A stretch of 64,000 bases of DNA from Escherichia coli (GTDB lineage Bacteria; Pseudomonadota; Gammaproteobacteria; Enterobacterales; Enterobacteriaceae). Numbering within the stretch: position 1 is the first letter of the stretch; every line of letters begins with the position of its first letter. The DNA lies in the NCBI RefSeq assembly GCF_003334355.1, contig NZ_QOWP01000008.1. One strand, 5' to 3'. The translations under genes were made by a program, and so were the position numbers. Under the pieces are notes generated by a model. It searched no databases. It was not told where the DNA came from and saw nothing but the letters and a program-made list of their open reading frames with translations. Below, one piece after another: positions 20,927-36,123 of the stretch.

Positions 20927-22291
20927 TTACTTACCAATACAGAAGCTGGAGAAAATCCGCCCCAGCAGGTCGTCTGAAGTAAATTCCCCGGTGATTTCGC
21001 TTAAGTTCTGCTGTGCCAGACGCAACTCTTCCGCCAGCAGTTCACCTGCCCAGGCTCCCAACAGTTGCGCTTTGCCCTGTTGTAGATGTTCCGCTGCCTG
21101 TTCCAGCGCCTGTAGGTGGCGACGACGCGCCAGGAAGCCGCCTTCCATGTTGGTGTCAAAGCCCATGCTCTGTTTGAGATGGTTACGCAGCACCTCCACG
21201 CCTTCACCTGTCCTTGCCGAGAGACGAATTAACGCGTGACCGTTCACTTCACTCATTCCCAGCGTTTCGCCGGTGATATCGGCTTTATTGCGCACCACGG
21301 TGATCGGCAGTTTCGCTGGCAGACGGGCGATAAATTCCGGCCAGATCTCTGCCGGATCCACGGCGTCTGTTGTGGTGCCATCGACCATAAACAGCACGCG
21401 GTCGGCCTGTTCAATTTCCTGCCACGCGCGCTCGATACCAATACGTTCCACTTCGTCACTGGCTTCACGTAGCCCAGCGGTATCGATGATATGCAGCGGC
21501 ATTCCGTCAATGTGGATATGCTCACGCAGCACGTCACGTGTGGTTCCGGCGATATCAGTTACGATTGCTGCTTCACGGCCCGCCAGCGCGTTTAACAGGC
21601 TCGATTTACCGGCGTTAGGACGTCCGGCAATCACCACCTTCATCCCTTCGCGCAACAAACTACCCTGACGTGCTTCAGCACGCACTGCATCGAGATCGGC
21701 AATCACGTCATTAAGCTGGGCTTCAATTTTGCCGTCGGAGAGGAAATCGATCTCTTCATCAGGGAAATCAATTGCCGCTTCGACGTAAATGCGCAAGTGG
21801 GTGAGGGCTTCTACCAGATGATTAACCCGTGCGGAGAATGCGCCTTGCAGCGAGTTAAGTGCCGAACGGGCCGCCTGTTCCGAACTGGCGTCGATAAGAT
21901 CGGCAATCGCCTCGGCCTGGGCTAAGTCAAGTTTATCGTTAAGAAACGCGCGTTCGGAAAACTCACCAGGGCGAGCAATCCGCAGGCCGGGAATGGTCAG
22001 AATGCGTTTTAACAGCAGGTCGAGGATCACCGGACCGCCATGACCTTGCAGTTCCAGCACATCTTCGCCGGTGAACGAGTTCGGGCCAGGGAACCATAGC
22101 GCAATCCCCTGATCGAGCACGCTGCCGTCGGCGTCTTTAAACGGAAGATAATCGGCGTAGCGCGGCTTAGGCAGTTTACCCAGCACGGTTTCGGCAACTT
22201 CACGGGCTTTGAAGCCGGAGATGCGCAGGATGCCAACGCCGCCACGTCCCGGAGGCGTGGCCTGGGCTACGATAGTGTCATTATCGCTCAT
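20927..22291 (-). CDS. mnmE: tRNA modification GTPase MnmE (TrmE)
   Basis: 454 aa; G-domain motifs [10 protein letters not shown] and DTAG; C-terminal CIGK. Confidence 0.96.
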
Positions 22292-22348
22292 GATGTTCCT
22301 GTTGCTTTGTGTGGCGGATGCGCGGTGCTTATCCGCCCTACGAAAAGA

Positions 22349-22382
22349 AAAAAGGCGGTCAACTGACCGCCCTTATTTTAGC
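22349..22382 (-). terminator. Intrinsic terminator after yidC
   Basis: ggcggtc...gaccgcc stem followed on the minus strand by a T-rich tract. Confidence 0.75.
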
Positions 22383-22396
22383 GAAAACTCACCGAA

Positions 22397-24043
22397 TCAG
22401 GATTTTTTCTTCTCGCGGCTATGCAGGCCACGTTTTTCCAGACCACGGTAAATCAGCTGCTGCTGAATAATGGTTACCAGGTTGCTGACGATATAGTACA
22501 GCACCAGACCTGACGGGAACCACAGGAAGAACACGGTGAAGATGACCGGCATAAAGGTCATGATCTTCTGCTGCATCGGGTCGGTCACTGTGGTCGGCGA
22601 CATCTTCTGAATGAAGAACATCGTTACGCCCATCAGGATCGGCAGGATGTAGTACGGGTCCTGTGCCGACAGGTCGTGGATCCATAGTGCAAACGGTGCC
22701 TGACGCAGTTCAACGGAACCCATCAGCATGTAGTACAACGCCAGGAAGATTGGCATCTGGATCAGCAGCGGGAAGCAGCCGCCCAGCGGGTTAACCTTCT
22801 CAGCTTTGTACAGCGCCATCATTTCCTGGCTGATACGCTGTTTGTCATCGCCCAGACGCTCACGCATTGCCTGAATCTTCGGCTGCAACATACGCATCTT
22901 CGCCATGGAGGTGTACTGCGCTTTGGTCAGCGGGTACATGATGCCACGAACGATAAAGGTGATGATGATAATGGAGAAGCCCCAGTTACCCACAAAGCTA
23001 TGGATCCATTTCAGCAGTTTGAACAGCGGCTGAGAGATGAACCACAACCAACCGTAATCAACGGTCAGATCCAGGTGCGGAGCAACAGCTGCCATTTTGT
23101 CCTGGATTTCCGGGCCAACCCACAGGGTGCTGTTCATCGCGCCAGTCTGACCAGGCTGAACCAGTACCGGCTGAGATTTATAGCCGATAGCGGCGATGCC
23201 GTTACCCAGATTAGCGGTATAGAAGTTGTTGGTACCGTCGTTATGCGGGATCCACGCCGTCGCGAAATACTGTTGCAGCATCGCCACCCAACCACCTTTC
23301 GAAGAGATGTTCAGGTTTTCGTTATCGGCAATGGTATCGAACTTGTATTTCTCATACTTCTCGTCAGGCGTGGAGTACGCCGCGCCACGGAAGGTGTGCA
23401 GTGCGAAGTTGCTGCTTCCGGTATCGAGATGCGGTGGCAGAGTGATGGATTGCTTCAACTGACCAAACGAGGAGATTTCCAGCGGTTTCTCGCCAGCGTT
23501 CTGCACGTTGTAGTTGACGTTGACAGCGTAATCACCACGTTTCAGGACAAACGTTTTGGTAAACGTGTTGCCTGCCGCGTCGGTATACGTCATCGGCACC
23601 TGCAGTTCGTTTTGACCTTCAGCCAGCACATAAGCGTCTTTTTCAACGTTATACAGCGGACGCGGGCCGTTAGCCGGGTTATCCGGGCCATCACGACCGG
23701 TCAGACCGCTCTGTGCCTGATAAATAAACTGCGGTGAAGTTTCCAACAGCTGGAACGGCTGGGTAGAGTTCAGCTCTTTCGGGTAAGCAGGCAGCAGAGC
23801 TTGCTCAACATCACCACCACGGGTGTTGATGGTCAGATCAAGCACGTCGGTCTTAACCGAGATCAGTTTCCCCTGGCCACTGGCCGGTACGCCCTGGTCG
23901 GCGGCGCTACCCGCTGCGGTGGTCGTTGTCTGCGTGGTCTGTTGGGCCTGAGGTTGCGGGTTTTTATCCTGCTCCCAGGCTTGCCAGATCATGAAAGACA
24001 CGAACAGCAAAGCGATGACTAAAAGATTGCGTTGCGAATCCAT
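22397..24043 (-). CDS. yidC: Membrane protein insertase YidC
   Basis: 548 aa; characteristic N- and C-terminal sequences. Confidence 0.97.
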
Positions 24044-24045
24044 CG

Positions 24046-24303
24046 TTAGTGTTCTCTGGTATCAAATGGTCCGGGCGGGACGGGATCGTCACCACCAGGG
24101 TGTAAAGGGTGGCATTTTAATACGCGTTTCACCGTCAACCAACTGCCTTTTATCACTCCAAACCTGCGCAATGCCTCAATTCCGTAGCTTGAACAGGTTG
24201 GAGTGAAACGGCAATGCGGCCCGAGTAGCGGACTAATCAGGCGTTGATAGACCCGAATGAGGGCTATCAGGACCCGCGAGCCAGGCGACAGTGGCGGCGC
24301 CAT
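24046..24303 (-). CDS. yidD: Membrane protein insertion efficiency factor YidD
   Basis: 85 aa, between rnpA and yidC. Confidence 0.92.
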
Positions 24304-24626
24304 AATTTTTCCAACGCTTCCGAGAGAGCACGGTTATCGAGGTCGGCAACCCCTTTTTTCGCCACCACCACGAAATCCATAGCCGGGAGTTCATGTTGGC
24401 GCAGACGGAAGCTTTCACGCGTCAGACGTTTAATCCGATTGCGTTCATGGGCGCGTCGAACGTTTTTCTTGGCGACTGTAAGACCGATACGGGGATGCCC
24501 CAGCGAATTCAGGCGGCCGAGAATGGTAATTTGCGGCGTGCCAGCCCGTTGTGGCTGCTGGAAGACGAATGTGAATTGACTGGGAGTTAACAAGCGTAAC
24601 TCCCTGGGAAATGCGAGCTTAACCAC
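24267..24626 (-). CDS. rnpA: RNase P protein component RnpA
   Basis: 119-aa basic protein; overlaps the yidD start. Confidence 0.95.
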
Positions 24627-24642
24627 TCAGGGGTTAGCTTTA

Positions 24643-24795
<153 letters not shown>

Positions 24796-25171
24796 CTAAA
24801 CTTGAATAAATTCAATGGCTTTATTGGATATCCGCCGAAAAATGAAACGATGGACACCGAAGCCATGGGTGATTAAAGAGGCCGGATTGTAATAATTGTA
24901 CACTCCGGAGTCAATTCTCTTTCCTTATTTACCGCGCTTTTCCGCACCTTTTCGCAGGGAAAATGTACGACCTCACACCAGTGGAAACCAGCATGGCGCG
25001 CCGGGTGGAGGATTATACGGGCTGATGGGTAAAGCGCAAGGATCGTCCTGGATCTTTATTAGATCGATTAAGCCAATTTTTGTCTATGGTCATTAAATTT
25101 TCCAATATGCGGCGTAAATCGTGCCCGCCTCGCGGCAGGATCGTTTACACTTAGCGAGTTCTGGAAAGTCC

Positions 25172-25266
25172 TGTGGATAAATCGGGAAAATCTGTGAGAA
25201 ACAGAAGATCTCTTGCGCAGTTTAGGCTATGATCCGCGGTCCCGATCGTTTTGCAGGATCTTGATC
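25172..25266. promoter_or_regulatory. dnaA promoter region: DnaA box plus dense GATC cluster
   Basis: tgtggataa (reverse complement TTATCCACA) at 25172-25180; GATC at 25207, 25231, 25244, 25257 and 25263, with three more at 25041-25065. Confidence 0.8.
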
Positions 25267-25389
25267 GGGCATATAACCGCAGACAGCGGTTCGTGCGTCA
25301 CCCTCAAGCAGGGTCTTTTCGACGTACGTCAACAATCATGAATGTTTCAGCCTTAGTCATTATCGACTTTTGTTCGAGTGGAGTCCGCC

Positions 25390-26793
25390 GTGTCACTTTC
25401 GCTTTGGCAGCAGTGTCTTGCCCGATTGCAGGATGAGTTACCAGCCACAGAATTCAGTATGTGGATACGCCCATTGCAGGCGGAACTGAGCGATAACACG
25501 CTGGCCCTGTACGCGCCAAACCGTTTTGTCCTCGATTGGGTACGGGACAAGTACCTTAATAATATCAATGGACTGCTAACCAGTTTCTGCGGAGCGGATG
25601 CCCCACAGCTACGTTTTGAAGTCGGCACCAAACCGGTGACGCAAACGCCACAAGCGGCAGTGACGAGCAACGTCGCGGCCCCTGCACAGGTGGCGCAAAC
25701 GCAGCCGCAACGTGCTGCGCCTTCTACGCGCTCAGGTTGGGATAACGTCCCGGCCCCGGCAGAACCGACCTATCGTTCTAACGTAAACGTCAAACACACG
25801 TTTGATAACTTCGTTGAAGGTAAATCTAACCAACTGGCGCGCGCGGCGGCTCGCCAGGTGGCGGATAACCCTGGCGGTGCCTATAACCCGTTGTTCCTTT
25901 ATGGCGGCACGGGTCTGGGTAAAACTCACCTGCTGCATGCGGTGGGTAACGGCATTATGGCGCGCAAGCCGAATGCCAAAGTGGTTTATATGCACTCCGA
26001 GCGCTTTGTTCAGGACATGGTTAAAGCCCTGCAAAACAACGCGATCGAAGAGTTTAAACGCTACTACCGTTCCGTAGATGCACTGCTGATCGACGATATT
26101 CAGTTTTTTGCTAATAAAGAACGATCTCAGGAAGAGTTTTTCCACACCTTCAACGCCCTGCTGGAAGGTAATCAACAGATCATTCTCACCTCGGATCGCT
26201 ATCCGAAAGAGATCAACGGCGTTGAGGATCGTTTGAAATCCCGCTTCGGTTGGGGACTGACTGTGGCGATCGAACCGCCAGAGCTGGAAACCCGTGTGGC
26301 GATCCTGATGAAAAAGGCCGACGAAAACGACATTCGTTTGCCGGGCGAAGTGGCGTTCTTTATCGCCAAGCGTCTACGATCTAACGTACGTGAGCTGGAA
26401 GGGGCGCTGAACCGCGTCATTGCCAATGCCAACTTTACTGGACGGGCGATCACCATCGACTTCGTGCGTGAGGCGCTGCGCGACTTGCTGGCATTGCAGG
26501 AAAAACTGGTCACCATCGACAATATTCAGAAGACGGTGGCGGAGTACTACAAGATCAAAGTCGCGGATCTCCTTTCCAAGCGTCGATCCCGCTCGGTGGC
26601 GCGTCCGCGCCAGATGGCGATGGCGCTGGCGAAAGAGCTGACTAACCACAGTCTGCCGGAGATTGGCGATGCGTTTGGTGGCCGTGACCACACGACGGTG
26701 CTTCATGCCTGCCGTAAGATCGAGCAGTTGCGTGAAGAGAGCCACGATATCAAAGAAGATTTTTCAAATTTAATCAGAACATTGTCATCGTAA
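25390..26793 (+). CDS. dnaA: Chromosomal replication initiator DnaA (GTG start)
   Basis: 467 aa from GTG ([17 protein letters not shown]); AAA+ Walker [11 protein letters not shown]; C-terminal DNA-binding domain. Confidence 0.97.
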
Positions 26794-26797
26794 ACCT

Positions 26798-27897
26798 ATG
26801 AAATTTACCGTAGAACGTGAGCATTTATTAAAACCGCTACAACAGGTGAGCGGTCCGTTAGGTGGTCGTCCTACGCTACCGATTCTCGGTAATCTGCTGT
26901 TACAGGTTGCTGACGGTACGTTGTCGCTGACCGGTACTGATCTCGAGATGGAAATGGTGGCACGTGTTGCGCTGGTTCAGCCACACGAGCCAGGAGCGAC
27001 GACCGTTCCGGCGCGCAAATTCTTTGATATCTGCCGTGGTCTGCCTGAAGGCGCGGAAATTGCCGTGCAGCTGGAAGGTGAACGGATGCTGGTACGCTCC
27101 GGGCGTAGCCGTTTTTCGCTGTCTACCCTGCCAGCGGCGGATTTCCCGAACCTCGATGACTGGCAGAGTGAAGTCGAATTTACCCTGCCGCAGGCAACGA
27201 TGAAGCGTCTGATTGAAGCGACCCAGTTTTCTATGGCGCATCAGGACGTTCGCTATTACTTAAATGGTATGCTGTTTGAAACCGAAGGTGAAGAACTGCG
27301 CACCGTGGCAACCGACGGCCACCGTCTGGCGGTCTGTTCAATGCCAATTGGTCAATCTTTGCCAAGCCATTCGGTGATCGTACCGCGTAAAGGCGTGATT
27401 GAACTGATGCGTATGCTCGACGGCGGCGACAATCCGCTGCGCGTACAGATTGGCAGCAACAACATTCGCGCCCACGTTGGCGACTTTATCTTCACCTCCA
27501 AACTGGTGGATGGTCGCTTCCCGGATTATCGCCGCGTTCTGCCGAAGAACCCGGACAAACATCTGGAAGCTGGCTGCGATCTGCTCAAGCAGGCGTTTGC
27601 TCGCGCGGCGATTCTCTCTAACGAGAAATTCCGCGGCGTACGTCTTTATGTCAGCGAAAACCAGCTGAAAATCACCGCCAACAACCCGGAACAGGAAGAA
27701 GCGGAAGAGATCCTCGACGTTACCTATAGCGGTGCGGAGATGGAAATCGGCTTCAACGTCAGTTATGTGCTGGATGTTCTGAACGCGCTGAAATGCGAAA
27801 ACGTCCGCATGATGCTGACCGATTCGGTTTCCAGCGTGCAGATTGAAGATGCGGCCAGCCAGAGCGCGGCTTATGTTGTCATGCCAATGAGACTGTA

Positions 27898-27898
<1 letters not shown>
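26798..27898 (+). CDS. dnaN: DNA polymerase III beta sliding clamp DnaN
   Basis: 366 aa from [17 protein letters not shown]. Confidence 0.97.
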
Positions 27899-31414
<3,516 letters not shown>

Positions 31415-31426
31415 TGGCGCTAACCA

Positions 31427-31535
31427 TGCGAGCGTGCCTGATGCGCTACGCTTATCAGGCCTACGAAAATCTTGCAATGTATTGAATTTTCATGATTTTG
31501 TAGGCCGGATAAGGCGTTCACGCCGCATCCGGCAA
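31427..31535. repeat. Two REP units in inverted orientation (BIME-like)
   Basis: gcctgatgcgctacgcttatcaggcctac and gtaggccggataaggcgttcacgccgcatccggc. Confidence 0.75.
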
Positions 31536-31550
31536 GAAGCTATAAGAAAA

Positions 31551-31580
31551 GGGCGGAGATCATCTCCGCCCTTTTTATTT
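31551..31580 (+). terminator. Intrinsic terminator downstream of gyrB
   Basis: gggcggagatcatctccgccc hairpin followed by tttttattt. Confidence 0.8.
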
Positions 31581-31653
31581 CTGCAATCCGCAATTATCAT
31601 CCCGCAAATCTATACTTTTTGGGTCAACACGTAACGCTTTACAGGTGATTATC

Positions 31654-32052
31654 ATGGGGCTTTTTGATGAAGTTGTCGGTGCCTTTCTGAAAGGCGATGC
31701 GGGGAAATATCAGGCTATTTTAAGTTGGGTTGAGGAGCAGGGCGGCATTCAGGTGCTGCTGGAAAAACTGCAAAGTGGCGGCTTAGGGGCCATTCTCTCA
31801 ACCTGGCTGAGTAATCAACAGGGCAATCAATCGGTTAGTGGCGAGCAACTGGAATCGGCGCTCGGCACAAATGCGGTGTCCGATCTCGGGCAAAAACTTG
31901 GCGTGGATACCAGTACGGCTTCCAGTTTACTGGCAGAGCAATTGCCGAAGATTATTGATGCGCTCTCACCGCAAGGTGAAGTGTCAGCACAAGCCAATAA
32001 CGATCTGCTTTCCGCAGGCATGGAACTGCTGAAAGGGAAACTCTTCCGCTAA
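31654..32052 (+). CDS. yidB: DUF937-family protein YidB
   Basis: 132 aa from MGLFDEVVGAF (alternative start 31645); synteny. Confidence 0.85.
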   Translation: MGLFDEVVGAFLKGDAGKYQAILSWVEEQGGIQVLLEKLQSGGLGAILSTWLSNQQGNQSVSGEQLESALGTNAVSDLGQKLGVDTSTASSLLAEQLPKIIDALSPQGEVSAQANNDLLSAGMELLKGKLFR

Positions 32053-32165
32053 GCAAATGGGGAGCATGCAACCCGCGTTGCATCCCCTTTTCCCTCGGGT
32101 GTTGTACTGATTTTTGAGCGGAATCGCGTTAGCATGGGTCAGGAACCAATCTACCTGGGGAACTC

Positions 32166-32978
32166 ATGGCTATCAAACTCATTGCTATCGATATGGATGG
32201 CACCCTTCTGCTGCCCGATCACACCATTTCACCCGCCGTTAAAAATGCGATTGCCGCAGCTCGCGCCCGTGGCGTGAATGTCGTGCTAACGACGGGTCGC
32301 CCGTATGCAGGTGTGCACAACTACCTGAAAGAGCTGCATATGGAACAGCCGGGCGACTACTGCATTACTTATAACGGCGCGCTAGTACAGAAGGCCGCTG
32401 ATGGTAGCACCGTGGCGCAAACTGCTCTCAGCTATGACGACTATCGTTTCCTGGAAAAACTCTCTCGCGAAGTCGGTTCTCATTTCCACGCCCTGGACCG
32501 CACCACGCTGTACACCGCCAACCGTGATATCAGCTACTACACGGTGCATGAATCCTTCGTTGCCACCATTCCGCTGGTGTTCTGCGAAGCGGAGAAAATG
32601 GACCCCAATACCCAGTTCCTGAAAGTGATGATGATTGATGAACCCGCCATCCTCGACCAGGCTATCGCGCGTATTCCGCAGGAAGTGAAAGAGAAATATA
32701 CCGTGCTGAAAAGTGCGCCGTACTTCCTCGAAATCCTCGATAAACGCGTTAACAAAGGTACGGGGGTGAAATCACTGGCCGACGTGTTAGGTATTAAACC
32801 GGAAGAAATCATGGCGATTGGCGATCAGGAAAACGATATCGCAATGATTGAATATGCAGGCGTCGGTGTGGCGATGGATAACGCTATTCCTTCAGTGAAA
32901 GAAGTGGCGAACTTTGTCACCAAATCTAACCTTGAAGATGGCGTGGCGTTTGCTATTGAGAAGTATGTGCTGAATTAA
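32166..32978 (+). CDS. yidA: HAD-family (Cof-like) sugar phosphatase YidA
   Basis: 270 aa; HAD motif I IAIDMDGTLL. Confidence 0.93.
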   Translation: MAIKLIAIDMDGTLLLPDHTISPAVKNAIAAARARGVNVVLTTGRPYAGVHNYLKELHMEQPGDYCITYNGALVQKAADGSTVAQTALSYDDYRFLEKLSREVGSHFHALDRTTLYTANRDISYYTVHESFVATIPLVFCEAEKMDPNTQFLKVMMIDEPAILDQAIARIPQEVKEKYTVLKSAPYFLEILDKRVNKGTGVKSLADVLGIKPEEIMAIGDQENDIAMIEYAGVGVAMDNAIPSVKEVANFVTKSNLEDGVAFAIEKYVLN

Positions 32979-32986
32979 TCTGTGGG

Positions 32987-33016
32987 CGGGCAAACAGCAT
33001 AAACGCGTTTGCCCGC
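32987..33016. terminator. Bidirectional terminator between yidA and yidX
   Basis: gcgggcaaac ... gtttgcccgc stem. Confidence 0.7.
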
Positions 33017-33023
33017 TTACTGA

Positions 33024-33680
33024 TTATTGGTTTACTGCATATACAACCAGAAATTGCAGCGGTGCAGTAATGATGTCCAGCGTAACAGTCACTGGCAGTA
33101 ATGCTGCGGAAACACCATCCGGAATGCCTCTGGGTGAATAGTATTCATAAAATCGCACTTTAAATGGATGGTAGAACGCCATCACCTTTGAGTAATCCAT
33201 GTTTTTATTTTTCTCATGGATTGTGCCTTTTAGGTTTTCCAGTGACCTGGTACAGTGTTGAACACCACAGGCAAAACCATAATGCGTTGCCAGTGCCTTT
33301 TCTTCTTCGTTATTCCAGTAGTAGTAAAGCGATATTGTGCCGGTAAATTTCTTTTTCCCCGCATTTAAAACAAATCTTGCGTCATCGGCAACCTGAATAT
33401 TGTGCCGGTTAAGTGCTGGATCATTGAGCATCTTAACGATGTCATCGGCACCATCAGTGATAAGGTAATCCAGCGATTCCCCTACAAAAACATAGCCTTT
33501 TGTTCCATTACTATCTTTTGCCTGCGATAGCCCAGTGATGGTGTCTGACTGCGATTGATACTTTCCTGAACTACCCTTTGCGGTATGGGAAACCAGAGCA
33601 TACGAGATACAGCCTGAAAGCATCAGCGCCAGTGGGAATAAACCGGCAGCCTTAAAAAATCCCTTAAAATTCAACTTCAT
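33024..33680 (-). CDS. yidX: Putative lipoprotein YidX
   Basis: 218 aa from [24 protein letters not shown] (lipobox LSGC); the track ORF extends 39 codons upstream. Confidence 0.85.
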
Positions 33681-33817
33681 GATTAATCCTTTAAACGAGT
33701 AGCTAAGCCGTTGAAAGCATACTCTTCTTTCCCTCCTGTTTAGCGCCTGATATCCCTTTTCAGATTTCTGCCCGACGCATGTCATTTTTTTATGCATTGT
33801 TCTTTTTGTGATCTAAA

Positions 33818-33889
33818 TTGTAGTACAACAATATAAGTTTGTACTACATTACGCACACGGCAAACGCGAACGTCATCACGCTGGTACTA
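33818..33889. promoter_or_regulatory. Putative DgoR operator palindromes in the dgo promoter
   Basis: Repeated TGTA-N-TACA palindromes: tgtagtaca, tgtactaca, and a gtactac half-site upstream of dgoR. Confidence 0.55.
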
Positions 33890-33957
33890 CAAAGTTGCCG
33901 CGTTATGCATCGATCGGGGTAAAGTAGAGAAGAACATACAGAGCACAAGGACTCTCC

Positions 33958-34647
33958 ATGACTCTCAATAAAACCGATCGCATTGTCATTACGCTGGGTA
34001 AACAGATCGTTCACGGCAAATACGTACCTGGCTCGCCACTTCCGGCTGAGGCGGAGCTCTGTGAAGAGTTTGCAACCTCGCGCAACATCATCCGTGAGGT
34101 GTTCCGTTCGTTGATGGCGAAACGGCTGATTGAAATGAAACGTTATCGCGGCGCGTTTGTGGCACCGCGTAACCAGTGGAATTACCTCGACACTGACGTA
34201 CTGCAATGGGTGCTGGAAAACGACTACGACCCACGGCTTATCAGTGCCATGAGCGAAGTGCGAAATCTGGTGGAACCGGCGATTGCCCGTTGGGCAGCAG
34301 AGCGCGCGACCTCCAGCGATCTGGCGCAGATTGAATCGGCGCTGAACGAGATGATTGCCAACAATCAGGACCGCGAAGCGTTTAACGAAGCGGATATTCG
34401 CTACCACGAGGCGGTGCTGCAGTCGGTGCATAACCCGGTGTTACAGCAACTTAGCATTGCGATCAGTTCGCTGCAGCGGGCGGTTTTTGAACGAACCTGG
34501 ATGGGCGATGAGGCCAACATGCCGCAAACGCTCCAGGAACATAAGGCGCTGTTCGATGCGATACGGCATCAGGACGGCGATGCGGCAGAGCAGGCGGCGC
34601 TTACCATGATCGCCAGCTCGACACGAAGGTTAAAGGAAATCACATGA
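33958..34647 (+). CDS. dgoR: Galactonate operon repressor DgoR (GntR/FadR family)
   Basis: 229 aa; N-terminal winged HTH; synteny with dgoKADT. Confidence 0.93.
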   Translation: MTLNKTDRIVITLGKQIVHGKYVPGSPLPAEAELCEEFATSRNIIREVFRSLMAKRLIEMKRYRGAFVAPRNQWNYLDTDVLQWVLENDYDPRLISAMSEVRNLVEPAIARWAAERATSSDLAQIESALNEMIANNQDREAFNEADIRYHEAVLQSVHNPVLQQLSIAISSLQRAVFERTWMGDEANMPQTLQEHKALFDAIRHQDGDAAEQAALTMIASSTRRLKEIT

Positions 34648-35522
34648 CAGCTCGCTACATCGCAATTGACTGGGGATCGACCAATCTGCGCGCCTGGCTT
34701 TATCAGGGCGACCACTGCCTGGAGAGCAGGCAATCAGAAGCAGGCGTCACGCGCCTGAACGGAAAATCTCCGGCTGCGGTGTTAGCAGAAGTCACGACCG
34801 ACTGGCGTGAAGAAAATACGCCAGTGGTGATGGCAGGAATGGTCGGCAGCAATGTCGGCTGGAAAGTTGCTCCGTATTTATCTGTTCCTGCCCGTTTTTC
34901 GTCTATTGGCGAACAATTAACGTCTGTTGGCGACAATATCTGGATTATTCCCGGATTATGCGTCTCTCATGACGATAACCACAATGTGATGCGCGGCGAA
35001 GAAACACAATTGATCGGCGCGCGAGCTCTGGCTCCTTCCTCTCTTTATGTTATGCCCGGTACGCATTGCAAATGGGTGCAGGCCGATAGCCAGCAAATCA
35101 ACGATTTTCGCACCGTGATGACCGGTGAATTACATCATTTACTGTTAAATCACTCATTGATTGGCGCAGGTTTGCCGCCGCAGGAAAACTCTGCCGATGC
35201 CTTCGCGGCTGGCCTTGAGCGCGGCCTTAATGCGCCCGCCATATTGCCGCAGCTTTTTGAAGTTCGCGCCTCGCATGTGCTGGGAACACTTCCCCGCGAA
35301 CAGGTCAGCGAATTTCTCTCTGGTTTGTTGATTGGCGCAGAGGTTGCCAGTATGCGCGACTATGTGACCCATCAACACGCCATCACCCTTGTCGCCGGAA
35401 CATCGCTGACCGCGCGCTACCAGCAAGCCTTTCAGGCGATGGGTTGCGACGTGACGGCGGTGGCGGGCGACACGGCATTTCAGGCTGGTATAAGGAGCAT
35501 CGCACATGCAGTGGCAAACTAA
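34644..35522 (+). CDS. dgoK: 2-dehydro-3-deoxygalactonokinase DgoK
   Basis: 292 aa; start overlaps the dgoR stop. Confidence 0.93.
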   Translation: MTARYIAIDWGSTNLRAWLYQGDHCLESRQSEAGVTRLNGKSPAAVLAEVTTDWREENTPVVMAGMVGSNVGWKVAPYLSVPARFSSIGEQLTSVGDNIWIIPGLCVSHDDNHNVMRGEETQLIGARALAPSSLYVMPGTHCKWVQADSQQINDFRTVMTGELHHLLLNHSLIGAGLPPQENSADAFAAGLERGLNAPAILPQLFEVRASHVLGTLPREQVSEFLSGLLIGAEVASMRDYVTHQHAITLVAGTSLTARYQQAFQAMGCDVTAVAGDTAFQAGIRSIAHAVAN

Positions 35523-36123
35523 ACTCCCGCTGATCGCCATTTTGCGCGGCATTAAGCCCGACGAGGCGCTGGCGCATGTTGGCGCGGTGATTGACGCCGG
35601 GTTCGACGCGGTTGAAATCCCGCTGAATTCCCCACAATGGGAGCAAAGCATTCCCGCCATCGTTGATGCGTATGGCGACAAGGCGTTGATTGGCGCAGGT
35701 ACGGTACTGAAACCTGAACAGGTCGATGCGCTCGCCAGGATGGGCTGTCAGCTCATCGTTACGCCCAATATCCATAGTGAAGTGATCCGCCGTGCGGTGG
35801 GCTACGGCATGACCGTCTGCCCCGGCTGCGCGACGGCGACCGAAGCCTTTACCGCGCTCGAAGCGGGCGCGCAGGCGCTGAAAATATTTCCGTCATCGGC
35901 TTTTGGTCCGCAATACATCAAAGCGTTAAAAGCGGTATTGCCATCGGACATCGCAGTCTTTGCCGTTGGCGGCGTGACGCCAGAAAACCTGGCGCAGTGG
36001 ATAGACGCAGGTTGTGCTGGGGCGGGCTTAGGCAGCGATCTCTATCGCGCCGGGCAGTCCGTAGAACGCACCGCGCAGCAGGCAGCAGCATTTGTTAAGG
36101 CGTATCGAGAGGCAGTGCAATGA
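35506..36123 (+). CDS. dgoA: 2-dehydro-3-deoxy-6-phosphogalactonate aldolase DgoA
   Basis: 205 aa, KDPG-aldolase family. Confidence 0.93.

Noticed and set aside
23000-23737. 245-aa ORF antisense to yidC
   Set aside because: Shadow ORF of a highly expressed, well-defined gene; no RBS or start context and no domain signature.
31427-31535. Possible CRISPR-like or mobile-element repeats
   Set aside because: The repeats are single or paired REP palindromes with no regular spacer architecture and no adjacent cas or transposase genes.
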